A stretch of DNA of 32,000 bases from Nitrosococcus oceani ATCC 19707 (GTDB lineage Bacteria > Pseudomonadota > Gammaproteobacteria > Nitrosococcales > Nitrosococcaceae). The position numbers and the translations under genes were made by a program. The notes below the pieces were generated by a model. It made no database searches and was not told where the DNA came from. It saw nothing but the letters and a program-made list of their open reading frames with translations. The stretch spans positions 840,001 through 872,000 of the forward strand of contig NC_007484.1 in NCBI RefSeq assembly GCF_000012805.1, read 5' to 3'. Positions 18,083 through 26,118 of this stretch are shown here, in pieces (position 1 is the first letter of the stretch; every line of letters begins with the position of its first letter).

Positions 18083-19436
18083 AAATAACAGAGTTTTATT
18101 GGTAGATGATGATTGTGATTTGTTGTCGTTGCTCTCCATTCGTTTAGAGAACGGTGGCTATGAACCTGTTCGAGCGGAAAGCGGAGAAGAAGCGTTAGCC
18201 CAGGTAGAGCTGGCCCGTCCCCAAGCCGTGATCACGGATTTGCGAATGGGAGGCATGGATGGGATGGCGCTAGCGGATTGCATTCACCGGAAAAATCCGG
18301 CATTACCGGTGATTATTCTTACCGCCCATGGTTCCATCCCCGATGCGGTGCAGGCTACTAAAAATGGGGTTTTTGCTTTTCTGACCAAGCCTTATAATAG
18401 CCGGGAGCTATTGAGTCAATTGGAAAAGGCACTTCGTGTTTCAGGTATTTGCCGCGACTTGGAAGAAACCACCCCGGAGAGTTGGCGCGAGGAAATTGTC
18501 ACCCGCAGCCCGTTGATGGAGGATCTGCTCAGCCAGGCCCGACTGGTGGCCGAAAGCGAGGCCAGCATTTGTTTACGGGGCGATAGTGGAACAGGTAAGG
18601 AATTACTGGCTAAAGCTATTCACAAGGCGAGCCCGCGCAGTAAGCAGCCTTTTATTGCCGTTAACTGCGCGGCGATTCCGGAGTTATTGTTGGAATCTGA
18701 GTTATTTGGTCACGCCAAGGGTGCATTTACTGGCGCCACCCGGGATCATCCAGGATTATTTCAGGCTGCCCATGGTGGTACATTATTTTTAGATGAAATT
18801 GGCGATATGCCGGTTGCGCTCCAGGTAAAATTGCTGCGGGCACTACAAGAGCAGCAAGTACGGCCGGTAGGAAACACCTCTACGGTAAGCGTGGATGTGC
18901 GCATTATCTCGGCCACCCACAAAGATCTGGATGCGGAGGTGCGGGATGGAAACTTCCGGGAGGATCTTTATTACCGGCTTAATGTTGTGATCTTGGAAAT
19001 TCCCTCTCTCGCTGAACGGCGGGAAGATATTCTGTTTCTTGCCAATCATTTCTTACACACCTTTCGGCGTGGAAGCAAAAAAAACATTCGAGGATTCTCG
19101 GCTGAGGCAATTGAGCTATTGGTTAGCGCCCCTTGGCCGGGCAATGTCCGTCAGTTATGTAATGTGGTGGAGCAAACCGTGGTTTTGTCAACCACGCCTA
19201 TCATTTCCGCCAAACTGGTAAAAAAAGCGCTGCGTCAGCAGTCAGGCCAATTTCCTTCCTTTGCTGATGCGCGGAGGCAATTCGAGCAGGAATATCTTGC
19301 GGGTCTACTTAAAATTACCGATGGTAATGTGACTCGGGCGTCCCGGTTAGCCCGGCGTAATCGCACCGATTTTTATAAGCTTCTCCAACGTCATACTTTG
19401 GATCCTGCCGATTTTAAGCCTGCCAAATCTCAGTGA
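18066..19436 (+). CDS. sigma-54-dependent response regulator (REC, AAA+, Fis-type HTH), GlrR/QseF/AtoC-like
   Basis: REC domain with VLLVDDD and VITDLRMGGMDG. Walker A GDSGTGKE. GAFTGA sigma-54 contact loop (GHAKGAFTGA). C-terminal HTH NVTRASRLARRNRTDFYKLL. Confidence 0.92.
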   Translation: MNQMTENNRVLLVDDDCDLLSLLSIRLENGGYEPVRAESGEEALAQVELARPQAVITDLRMGGMDGMALADCIHRKNPALPVIILTAHGSIPDAVQATKNGVFAFLTKPYNSRELLSQLEKALRVSGICRDLEETTPESWREEIVTRSPLMEDLLSQARLVAESEASICLRGDSGTGKELLAKAIHKASPRSKQPFIAVNCAAIPELLLESELFGHAKGAFTGATRDHPGLFQAAHGGTLFLDEIGDMPVALQVKLLRALQEQQVRPVGNTSTVSVDVRIISATHKDLDAEVRDGNFREDLYYRLNVVILEIPSLAERREDILFLANHFLHTFRRGSKKNIRGFSAEAIELLVSAPWPGNVRQLCNVVEQTVVLSTTPIISAKLVKKALRQQSGQFPSFADARRQFEQEYLAGLLKITDGNVTRASRLARRNRTDFYKLLQRHTLDPADFKPAKSQ

Positions 19437-19722
19437 ATACCCAATTTAAAGAAGCCGCGAATGAGCATAATATCCCTCATTAGGGAGTGCAGCGTTTAAT
19501 AATTAGAAAATATTCCCGTTTGTTCGCGGCTATCTCCTCTATCTTGGCTTCCTAATGTAAGGTCTTGCCTCTTTATTGCCTTTGTCCCCTAGACAGTATT
19601 CAGCGAGCGTATTTTATTGCTGGTTTTATTACGCTTACGGGAGAGAATTATCGGGTATTCATTGATAGAGGGGGTTAAGGCGAAAAGAAGCCATGCGTGG
19701 TTTCAAGCAAAACTGTCCATAA

Positions 19723-19791
19723 AGTTTACAATATGTATGTTTCATGCTTTCTTTTACAAGTCATTAATATATAAATTTTTTATTGTAAACT
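19723..19791 (+). promoter_or_regulatory. candidate enhancer (UAS): three TTTACAA/TTGTAAA half-sites spaced about 3 helical turns apart
   Basis: AGTTTACAA at 19723-19731 and its exact inverse TTGTAAACT at 19783-19791. A direct copy of TTTACAA sits at 19753-19759. A fourth copy sits at 19929-19935. The three sites lie about 100-170 bp upstream of the sigma-54 -24 element. Confidence 0.3.
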
Positions 19792-19892
19792 CACAAGAAA
19801 TAATTATTAAATCGTAATAAAACGAGACAGATGCTTGAATTAAAAGGGGTACCTCCCAGGAAAAATTTACCAAATTTTATGGGTTTGAAAGC

Positions 19893-19908
19893 GGGCATTT
19901 ATTTTGCA
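19893..19908 (+). promoter_or_regulatory. sigma-54 (RpoN) -24/-12 promoter
   Basis: gGGCAT-ttatt-TTGCAt matches TGGCAC-N5-TTGCA with exact GG-to-GC spacing. It lies 53 bp upstream of the PEP-CTERM gene ATG, which has an AGGTGA SD at 19948-19953. It is directly downstream of a sigma-54 activator gene. Confidence 0.65.
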
Positions 19909-19960
19909 TCAATAACATTGAAGTAAAATTTACAAAACCATCATTTTCAGGTGAAAAGCA

Positions 19961-20740
19961 ATGCTCAGTAAACTAAGAATTCCAATAATTTTAATGGCGT
20001 TAAGTATGACTTCTACCGTCCATGCTGTTCCGACCTTGCAAGTCGGTGTTCCCGGCGGCGTCGGTGAAGGAGCGTATGGGGATTATCAGGGAAGCACATT
20101 CAATCCGGTAGAAGAAGACACCGCCATTACCAATGGAAATAGTCTTTTTGTGGCGGGTGTTTACAAGCCCAATACGCGATTTCTAGGAGGACAGTTTTCA
20201 GGGGGGGATAACTGGAGTGATTTTGGCTATGACAGCAGTTTTGATACTCGTGGAGCCGTATTGCTAGCCGCGGTTCCTGACGGCACCCTGAGCGCAGCTG
20301 ATGCCAGTTTAACAATTAATGGTTTAGGGTCATTCTTTAGGTTGCCGAATCTGGGCAGTCTTTTCCCTAACCGCCATGATCCCCTCAAAGATGATATTTC
20401 GGATTTCCTGTTTTATGATATTGGCGATTTTGCTAAAAATAGCGGGGCTGTCCCTAATTTTGCGGATGAAACGGGGGCAGCGGATGGGGAAATCAAAACC
20501 CTTACCATCGCTGGCGCCAGTGGCCTGGATTGGATCCATTTTGATGTGCTAGCCCTGGAAACCCGTCAGCAAGGCGGGGGCAGGTTTAGAACCTCCTTGG
20601 CCAATAACCCTGGATCCCATGATGTAACTTGGAATCAAGGCGGTGGAGGGTTGCAACAAATTCCTGAGCCCAGCGTCCTCGCCCTTTTTGGCGTTGGTTT
20701 TCTAGGCTTGGGTTTCTGTAGGCGTTATCGTCTGCATTAA
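19961..20740 (+). CDS. secreted PEP-CTERM sorting-domain protein (putative exosortase substrate)
   Basis: Signal peptide MLSKLRIPIILMALSMTSTVHA. C-terminus IPEPSVLALFGVGFLGLGFCRRYRLH, which is the PEP motif, a hydrophobic helix and a basic cluster. Confidence 0.85.
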   Translation: MLSKLRIPIILMALSMTSTVHAVPTLQVGVPGGVGEGAYGDYQGSTFNPVEEDTAITNGNSLFVAGVYKPNTRFLGGQFSGGDNWSDFGYDSSFDTRGAVLLAAVPDGTLSAADASLTINGLGSFFRLPNLGSLFPNRHDPLKDDISDFLFYDIGDFAKNSGAVPNFADETGAADGEIKTLTIAGASGLDWIHFDVLALETRQQGGGRFRTSLANNPGSHDVTWNQGGGGLQQIPEPSVLALFGVGFLGLGFCRRYRLH

Positions 20741-20768
20741 GCCTGAATAAATTTTATGTAAAAAAAAA

Positions 20769-20794
20769 CAGACACCGGCATATGCCGGTGTCTG
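20769..20794. terminator. bidirectional rho-independent terminator shared by two convergent genes
   Basis: Perfect 12-bp stem CAGACACCGGCA-TA-TGCCGGTGTCTG. It is preceded by an A9 run (a U-tract for the minus transcript) and followed by a T-rich stretch (gtaagtttttt). Confidence 0.75.
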
Positions 20795-20825
20795 TAAAAG
20801 GTAAGTTTTTTAAATAAATTTACTG

Positions 20826-22694
20826 TTATTTGTTTTTACTCTCTTTTCCTTTCCTACCCCCGGTGCTTTTATTACCCGAACTCACTTTAACCGTAATAAA
20901 GGTCGTGCTGGTATTGCCCGCACTGTCCTCGGCAGCCACACTAATGTTGTGGAAGCCTTGAGCTTCCTTACGAGTATTCCAGCTGTAGGAGAGGGGGCTG
21001 GTGTCGGTTACACTCTTGAGCACGCCATTGATAGAGAGGCGAATAGCGGCAAGTGCCATGTTATCGTGGGCGCTGACTTGGATATGGGCCGTACCGCTGA
21101 CGGCGCTGTTATCCGCAGGCTCCGTAATGGTTATGCTGGGGGGGGTGGTGTCGATGGGGTCAGGGCTGTTATCTACCAACACATTTACCGGGGAGGAGAT
21201 ACCTTCGTTGCCTGCCCTATCATAGGCATAAGCCACAAGAGAGACCGAACCATCAGCTGCTAACGTGGAGTCCCAGCTAAAACCATAGAGCGAAGTGGTA
21301 TCATCAGCAATGAATTGGTCGTTGGCATATAGCGCGACTCGGGCCACATCCCCATTATCCTGGGCGCTAACGTCAATGGCAATGGTACCGGATAGCGTGG
21401 CCCCCCCATTGGGAGAGAGGATGGCTACTGTGGGCGCTTGGGTGTCCGTAGTGTCTGCCTCGCTAGCGGCTGCCACGGCACGGTACGCATTAATACGGCC
21501 ATGGCCGTAGAAACTGTCCCAGCCGGCGGCGCCGAGGTCATCGGCTGTGCTCGTCAAAATGGATTCCACTTCTCCCGGCGACAGGAGCGGGTTGGCTGCC
21601 AGAATTAGCGCAACGACCCCAGCGGTAGCGGGGCTGGCAAAGGATGTACCTGAGACTGAGCCATAGCCGCCGCCCCGGCTGGTGGTCCAGATCCCAGCAC
21701 CGGGGGCGGCAACATCCACATAATTACCATAGTTGGACCAGCTGGCTTTGCCATCGCTACTGGTGGTCGCAGAAACCGAAATCATATAGGGGTTATTGCT
21801 GTAACCGGGATTGCTGCCATTGTTGCCAGCGGCGACTACTACGATTCCCCCTAAGCTTCGAAAATATTGGGCGGCATTAGAGATGGTTGAGCTATTGGTA
21901 ACATCATAACTGATGTTGGCGACATGAGCGCCTTGATTGGCCGCCCAGGTCAAGGCTTCGGCAATATCGCTCCAGTAGGCCCAGCCATCGCTGGAATTGG
22001 TTACGCGAAGGGGCATAAGAAGGGCATTCCAAGCGATAGAGGCCACTCCTTGACTATTGTTGCTGCTGGCTGCGGCGGTGCCGGCCACCTTGGTGCCATG
22101 GCCGTGGATATCGGAAGTATTACTGTCATTGCTGACGGTATTCCAACCAGGGATGACTTTTCCAGATAGGTCTGGGTGCGTATCATCTATACCCGTGTCC
22201 AAAATAGCCACCGTGATGTTATCGCCCAGTGAAGTATTCCAGGCGAAAGGAGCTTCGATTTTTGGCAGATGCCAGGCGCTTGCATATTTCGGATCATTGG
22301 GGGTTATTTCGCTCAGCTCCACGGCCCAATCCTTTTCAGCGAACTTGATGTGGGGATTGCGCGCCAGAGCTCGAGCCACGGCTTCTTCGGCTTGTTCGGG
22401 CACCCTTACGATACGGACATTGAGTGGGCCGATGCGACCGGCGGGAGTGGCTCCGGTGCGGGCGAGCACTTTATGAAATTCCACATCTGATAATCCGGCT
22501 TTAGGCTGTACTAGAAGACGACCAGGCGCCCAGGACTTTGCAGCGAGATTGGCTTGGGCCGGGGAAATGGATAGGGATAGGATCGCTGTTAGTAAAAAAA
22601 ACAGAGAGAGGGCTGGGGTGGGTGAAACAGCGCGCTCTCTTTGGTGTGGTATACAAGATGGCATACATTGCTCCTGTAGATGACAAGTCAACAT
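20826..22694 (-). CDS. secreted subtilisin-family (S8) serine protease with I9-like propeptide and two C-terminal Ig-like repeats
   Basis: Catalytic triad contexts VAILDTGID, HGHGTKVAG and SGTSFASPA. Signal peptide ...LFFLLTAILSLSISPAQA. Two ~95-aa repeats (PTVAILSPNGGATLSGTIAIDVSA... and PPSITITEPADNSAVSGTAHIQVSA...). Lys-rich tail. The true start may be Met11 (22664). Confidence 0.92.
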   Translation of the reverse strand: MLTCHLQEQCMPSCIPHQRERAVSPTPALSLFFLLTAILSLSISPAQANLAAKSWAPGRLLVQPKAGLSDVEFHKVLARTGATPAGRIGPLNVRIVRVPEQAEEAVARALARNPHIKFAEKDWAVELSEITPNDPKYASAWHLPKIEAPFAWNTSLGDNITVAILDTGIDDTHPDLSGKVIPGWNTVSNDSNTSDIHGHGTKVAGTAAASSNNSQGVASIAWNALLMPLRVTNSSDGWAYWSDIAEALTWAANQGAHVANISYDVTNSSTISNAAQYFRSLGGIVVVAAGNNGSNPGYSNNPYMISVSATTSSDGKASWSNYGNYVDVAAPGAGIWTTSRGGGYGSVSGTSFASPATAGVVALILAANPLLSPGEVESILTSTADDLGAAGWDSFYGHGRINAYRAVAAASEADTTDTQAPTVAILSPNGGATLSGTIAIDVSAQDNGDVARVALYANDQFIADDTTSLYGFSWDSTLAADGSVSLVAYAYDRAGNEGISSPVNVLVDNSPDPIDTTPPSITITEPADNSAVSGTAHIQVSAHDNMALAAIRLSINGVLKSVTDTSPLSYSWNTRKEAQGFHNISVAAEDSAGNTSTTFITVKVSSGNKSTGGRKGKESKNK

Positions 22695-23015
22695 GGGGTG
22701 ATAAAAGATGTGTCGCGTCTGAGTGCGACGATTTCAATTACAGACTGTAGCGGCCGTCTTGATGGAAAGTTCAGGGAAATTAATGGGAGCTATTTCACAG
22801 CGCAAGGTATTAAAAAAAGTGGAAAAACCGGGACACAGCAAGGAAGTGATATAGAAAGCAGGCAGGTGTTACCTCTAATGAAAGACTACCGCATCGGTAA
22901 TGCTGATGGGCAGGTGGTTTCTGGAGCGACAGGGGTGGTCGGAGTCGGTACCATTGTTCCATTTTCGGGTAATTCTTCTAGCGGACATATGGTATCTCTA
23001 GAGCAGGCGAGATAA
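22680..23015 (+). CDS. hypothetical small protein (111-aa ORF; a 45-aa Gly/Val-rich version would start at the ATG at 22878)
   Basis: No recognisable family. The 3' third shows strong first-position G bias (21 of 45 codons). The ATG at 22878 is preceded by AGGTG at 22864-22868. The ORF sits in an otherwise empty 430-bp gap. Confidence 0.25.
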   Translation: MTSQHGVIKDVSRLSATISITDCSGRLDGKFREINGSYFTAQGIKKSGKTGTQQGSDIESRQVLPLMKDYRIGNADGQVVSGATGVVGVGTIVPFSGNSSSGHMVSLEQAR

Positions 23016-23017
23016 AA

Positions 23018-23046
23018 TTCAGCCGTTTTGTTTGGAGCGCTATAAT
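23018..23046 (+). promoter_or_regulatory. candidate sigma-70 promoter for surE-pcm
   Basis: TTCAGC-N17-TATAAT, with a perfect -10 at 23041-23046, about 80 nt upstream of the surE ATG. Confidence 0.25.
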
Positions 23047-23128
23047 CTCGAGTGGGATTTTTCCCGCCTGCAATTAAAGCACTGGTAGTGATCCGGTTGG
23101 CAACCTAAAGTAAGGCATTTCTAATAAT

Positions 23129-23884
23129 ATGAGGATATTGGTTAGTAATGATGACGGTTACTTAGCACCTGGAATCCGGGTGCTGGCTGATTGCTTGGCT
23201 AAAATCGCGGAAGTTATTGTGGTGGCGCCGGACCGGGATCGAAGTGGGGCCAGTCATTCTTTAACCCTGGATACGCCGTTGCGGGCTACTCTTGGGGAAA
23301 ATGGATTCTATCGAGTGGAAGGGACACCCACGGATTGTGTTCACTTGGGGATTACCGGACTCTTAGAAAAAGAGCCTGATATGGTGGTTTCAGGGGTTAA
23401 TTGGGGTGCTAATCTCGGCGATGACGTTATCTATTCGGGTACGGTGGCCGCCGCCATGGAGGGGAGATTCTTGGGGTTGCCCGCTATTGCGGTTTCTTTG
23501 GCGTCAGCGGAGCCGGAGCATTTTGATACAGCGGCTTGGGTAGCGCGTCGGTTGGTCACCAGTCTTATGGAAGATCCCTTGCCTGCTGATACCATACTCA
23601 ACGTCAATGTTCCCAATTTGCCTAGGACCCAAATAACAGATTTCGAAGCAACCCGCCTCGGCCATCGGCACCGATCCGAGCCCGTTATTAAAGATGCCGA
23701 TCCCCGCGGCCGTCCCATTTACTGGGTGGGTCCGGCTGGTGAAAGTCAAGATGCGGGACCTGGCACGGATTTCCACGCAATTGCCCGAGGGAGCGTTTCT
23801 ATTACCCCGATTCAGGTGGATCTCACTCGTTACGCGGCCCTTGACCAAGTTGCCGGATGGCTGCAGCGAATCCCTCGTTCATGA
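23129..23884 (+). CDS. surE: 5'/3'-nucleotidase SurE
   Basis: 251 aa. [11 protein letters not shown]-terminus, [25 protein letters not shown]. Confidence 0.95.
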
Positions 23885-23900
23885 AAGAAACTTGTTTGAT

Positions 23901-24542
23901 ATGGGGATGACTTCCCGGCGGGCTCGAGAGCGAGAGCGGTTGATTCAGCGATTACATGAAGAGGGTATTCGTGATCCTGCTGTGCTCAAGGTAATCCAGG
24001 AAACGCCCCGCCATATTTTTGTTGATGAGGCGCTTTCTAGCCGAGCCTATGAAGATACCGCGCTTCCTATCGGTTTTAGACAAACGATTTCCCAGCCTTA
24101 TATCGTGGCCCGTATGACAGAAGCTCTCCTTGCTGGAGGATCGCTCCAGAAAGTGTTGGAGGTGGGTACAGGCTCTGGCTATCAGACAGCTATTTTAGCG
24201 GGCTTGGCAGGTCTGGTTTATACGGTGGAACGAATCAAGCCGCTGCTGACGCAAGCCCAGGCCCGCTTTAAGCATCTTGGGATAAGCAATATCCGGGCTA
24301 AATGCGCCGATGGGCTTTGGGGGTGGCCGGCCTATGGGCCTTATCAAGGGATATTGGTGGCCGCGGCGCCTAGGGAAATCCCTCAGACTTTGCTTAAACA
24401 ATTAGCTGTCGGGGGGCGGATGGTAATTCCGGTAGGGGCATCGTCTGGTACCCAGTCCTTAATGATTGTGACTAGAACGGCTGATGATTTTGAAATGAAA
24501 ACTTTAGAGCGGGTTAGTTTCGTGCCGCTTGTAGGAGAGTAA
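23901..24542 (+). CDS. pcm: protein-L-isoaspartate O-methyltransferase
   Basis: The track ORF starts at 23694 inside surE. The in-frame ATG at 23901 ([10 protein letters not shown]...) gives a normal ~213-aa Pcm. SAM motif [16 protein letters not shown]. Typical surE-pcm synteny. Confidence 0.93.
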
Positions 24543-24544
24543 AT

Positions 24545-25126
24545 TTGGCAAGGCTTTTTACTCTATTGTATGACAAGACTATGGGTTGGTCACGGCACCG
24601 CCACGCTACTCGTTGGTTGGTATTGGTCAGTTTTACCGAATCCTCTTTTTTTGTGGTGCCTCCCGATGTCATGCTGGCGCCTATGGCTTTAGCCTCCCCA
24701 AACCGGGCTTGGTATTATGCCATGCTTACTACGGTGGCATCGGTGTTCGGAGGATTGTTAGGATATGGGATTGGAGCATTGGCTTTTAGTTTGATAGAGC
24801 CTTTGTTGCAGCAATGGGACTATTGGGACTCTTATTTAAAGGCCCGTCTATGGTTTGAGGAGTGGGGAGGATGGGCTGTGCTGCTAGCGGGTTTTTCTCC
24901 TATCCCGTATAAAGTATTTACTATCGCCGCTGGTGTAGCGGCTATGCCTCTTGCCCTTTTTATCATGGCTTCTCTTGCGGGCCGGGGAGCTCGGTTTTTT
25001 CTGGTAGCGGCCTTGATGCGTTGGGGAGGCGCTCGGATGGAAGCTGGACTTCGGAAATATGTGGATTTAATGGGTTGGATAGCGGTGCTAGTAGCGTTTG
25101 CAGGTTACTTGCTGTTATCGCGGTAA
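24545..25126 (+). CDS. YqaA/DedA-superfamily inner-membrane protein
   Basis: 193 aa and polytopic, with FTESSFFVVPPDVML and GFSPIPYKVFTIAAG motifs typical of COG1238/DedA-like proteins. TTG start at 24545, or in-frame ATG at 24581. Confidence 0.8.
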   Translation: MARLFTLLYDKTMGWSRHRHATRWLVLVSFTESSFFVVPPDVMLAPMALASPNRAWYYAMLTTVASVFGGLLGYGIGALAFSLIEPLLQQWDYWDSYLKARLWFEEWGGWAVLLAGFSPIPYKVFTIAAGVAAMPLALFIMASLAGRGARFFLVAALMRWGGARMEAGLRKYVDLMGWIAVLVAFAGYLLLSR

Positions 25127-25217
25127 TCGATAGCCTATATAAATGCAGTGAATTATATTGCCCCAGGAAGGGTTGGGGTGTCGTTCTTGAATTTTTAACC
25201 ACTGGAGTTTAGTTTCA

Positions 25218-25991
25218 GTGCGGTTGTTTTTACCAGCCTTAGTTATGATTGCTTTTTTGGCTGCTTGTAGCAGCGGTGGGAGGGTAGCTCCCGTTCATCA
25301 TCTTGGCGCTGTTCCCCATGTGGGCCCCCGCCCATCCCATTATACGGTGAGACGGGGAGATACCTTATATTCCATTGGCTGGAGATATGGGGTGCATTAC
25401 CGCACGCTTGCCCATTGGAATGCTATTCGCCCTCCTTATACGATCTATGTAGGGCAAAAACTACGTCTAAACTCTCCCTCCAAGAGCGCAGCCAAGCCGA
25501 AACAAGCATCCGAGAATAAGAAGTCTGTTACCAAATCGACAGCCTCACCCCCACTAACCAAGATTAAAGCTGTTCCAGCTAAAAAAGCATTGTCCCTGGA
25601 AAGGCCAACTAAGGTCGCTCATGGTATTCGCTGGTATTGGCCCACCCAGGGGGAAGTTATTCAGAACTTCTCCCGCACCGAAGCTGGTCGTAAAGGGGTA
25701 GATATTGCCGGGGAATTAGGCCAGCCAGTGGTTGCAGTAGCTGATGGTAAGGTCGTTTATAGTGGGCGGGGACTGCCCCGCTATGGGAAGCTAATTATCG
25801 TCAAGCACGATGCTAACTTTCTCAGCGCCTATGCCCATAACCGGTTGCTAGTAAGCAAAGAAGGCGATTCCGTAAAAGGCGGACAGAAGATTGCTGAAAT
25901 GGGGCGTAGTGGGACTGATCGGGTTAAGCTGCATTTTGAGATTCGCCATCATGGGCAGCCCGTGGACCCCTTGCGCTATTTGCCTGAATAG
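25218..25991 (+). CDS. nlpD: LysM plus M23 peptidase-domain lipoprotein (NlpD-like)
   Basis: Lipobox FLAACSS. LysM segment YTVRRGDTLYSIGWRYGV...VGQKLRL. M23 C-terminus GRSGTDRVKLHFEIRHHGQPVDP. Canonical position after pcm. Confidence 0.88.
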   Translation: MRLFLPALVMIAFLAACSSGGRVAPVHHLGAVPHVGPRPSHYTVRRGDTLYSIGWRYGVHYRTLAHWNAIRPPYTIYVGQKLRLNSPSKSAAKPKQASENKKSVTKSTASPPLTKIKAVPAKKALSLERPTKVAHGIRWYWPTQGEVIQNFSRTEAGRKGVDIAGELGQPVVAVADGKVVYSGRGLPRYGKLIIVKHDANFLSAYAHNRLLVSKEGDSVKGGQKIAEMGRSGTDRVKLHFEIRHHGQPVDPLRYLPE

Positions 25992-26118
25992 TTATTCCGG
26001 TGAAGCCTGGTTGGTCCGAATGCTATCCTAGCGTTCTAGAGGCATGCCGGGGTGGCTATGGGAATTTCGTATATAATTTATTTTCTTTATTTATTAATCT
26101 GTTATGAGGGTTTGGAAC

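Noticed and set aside
19617-19817. A 66-aa ORF in the AT-rich spacer after the response regulator.
   Set aside because: It has an Ile/Lys/Phe-rich composition that simply reflects AT-rich DNA. It has no SD, and it runs straight across the TTTACAA repeat array, which is better explained as regulatory DNA.
23070-23086. TGCAA-N5-GCACTG upstream of surE, as a possible minus-strand sigma-54 promoter for the protease gene.
   Set aside because: The reverse-complement -24 element lacks the GG (it reads CAGTGC). It also lies over 370 bp from the protease start.
23694-23900. A 69-codon N-terminal extension of the pcm ORF in the track.
   Set aside because: It overlaps the 3' end of surE in another frame. 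The ATG at 23901 gives a normal-length Pcm starting just after the surE stop.
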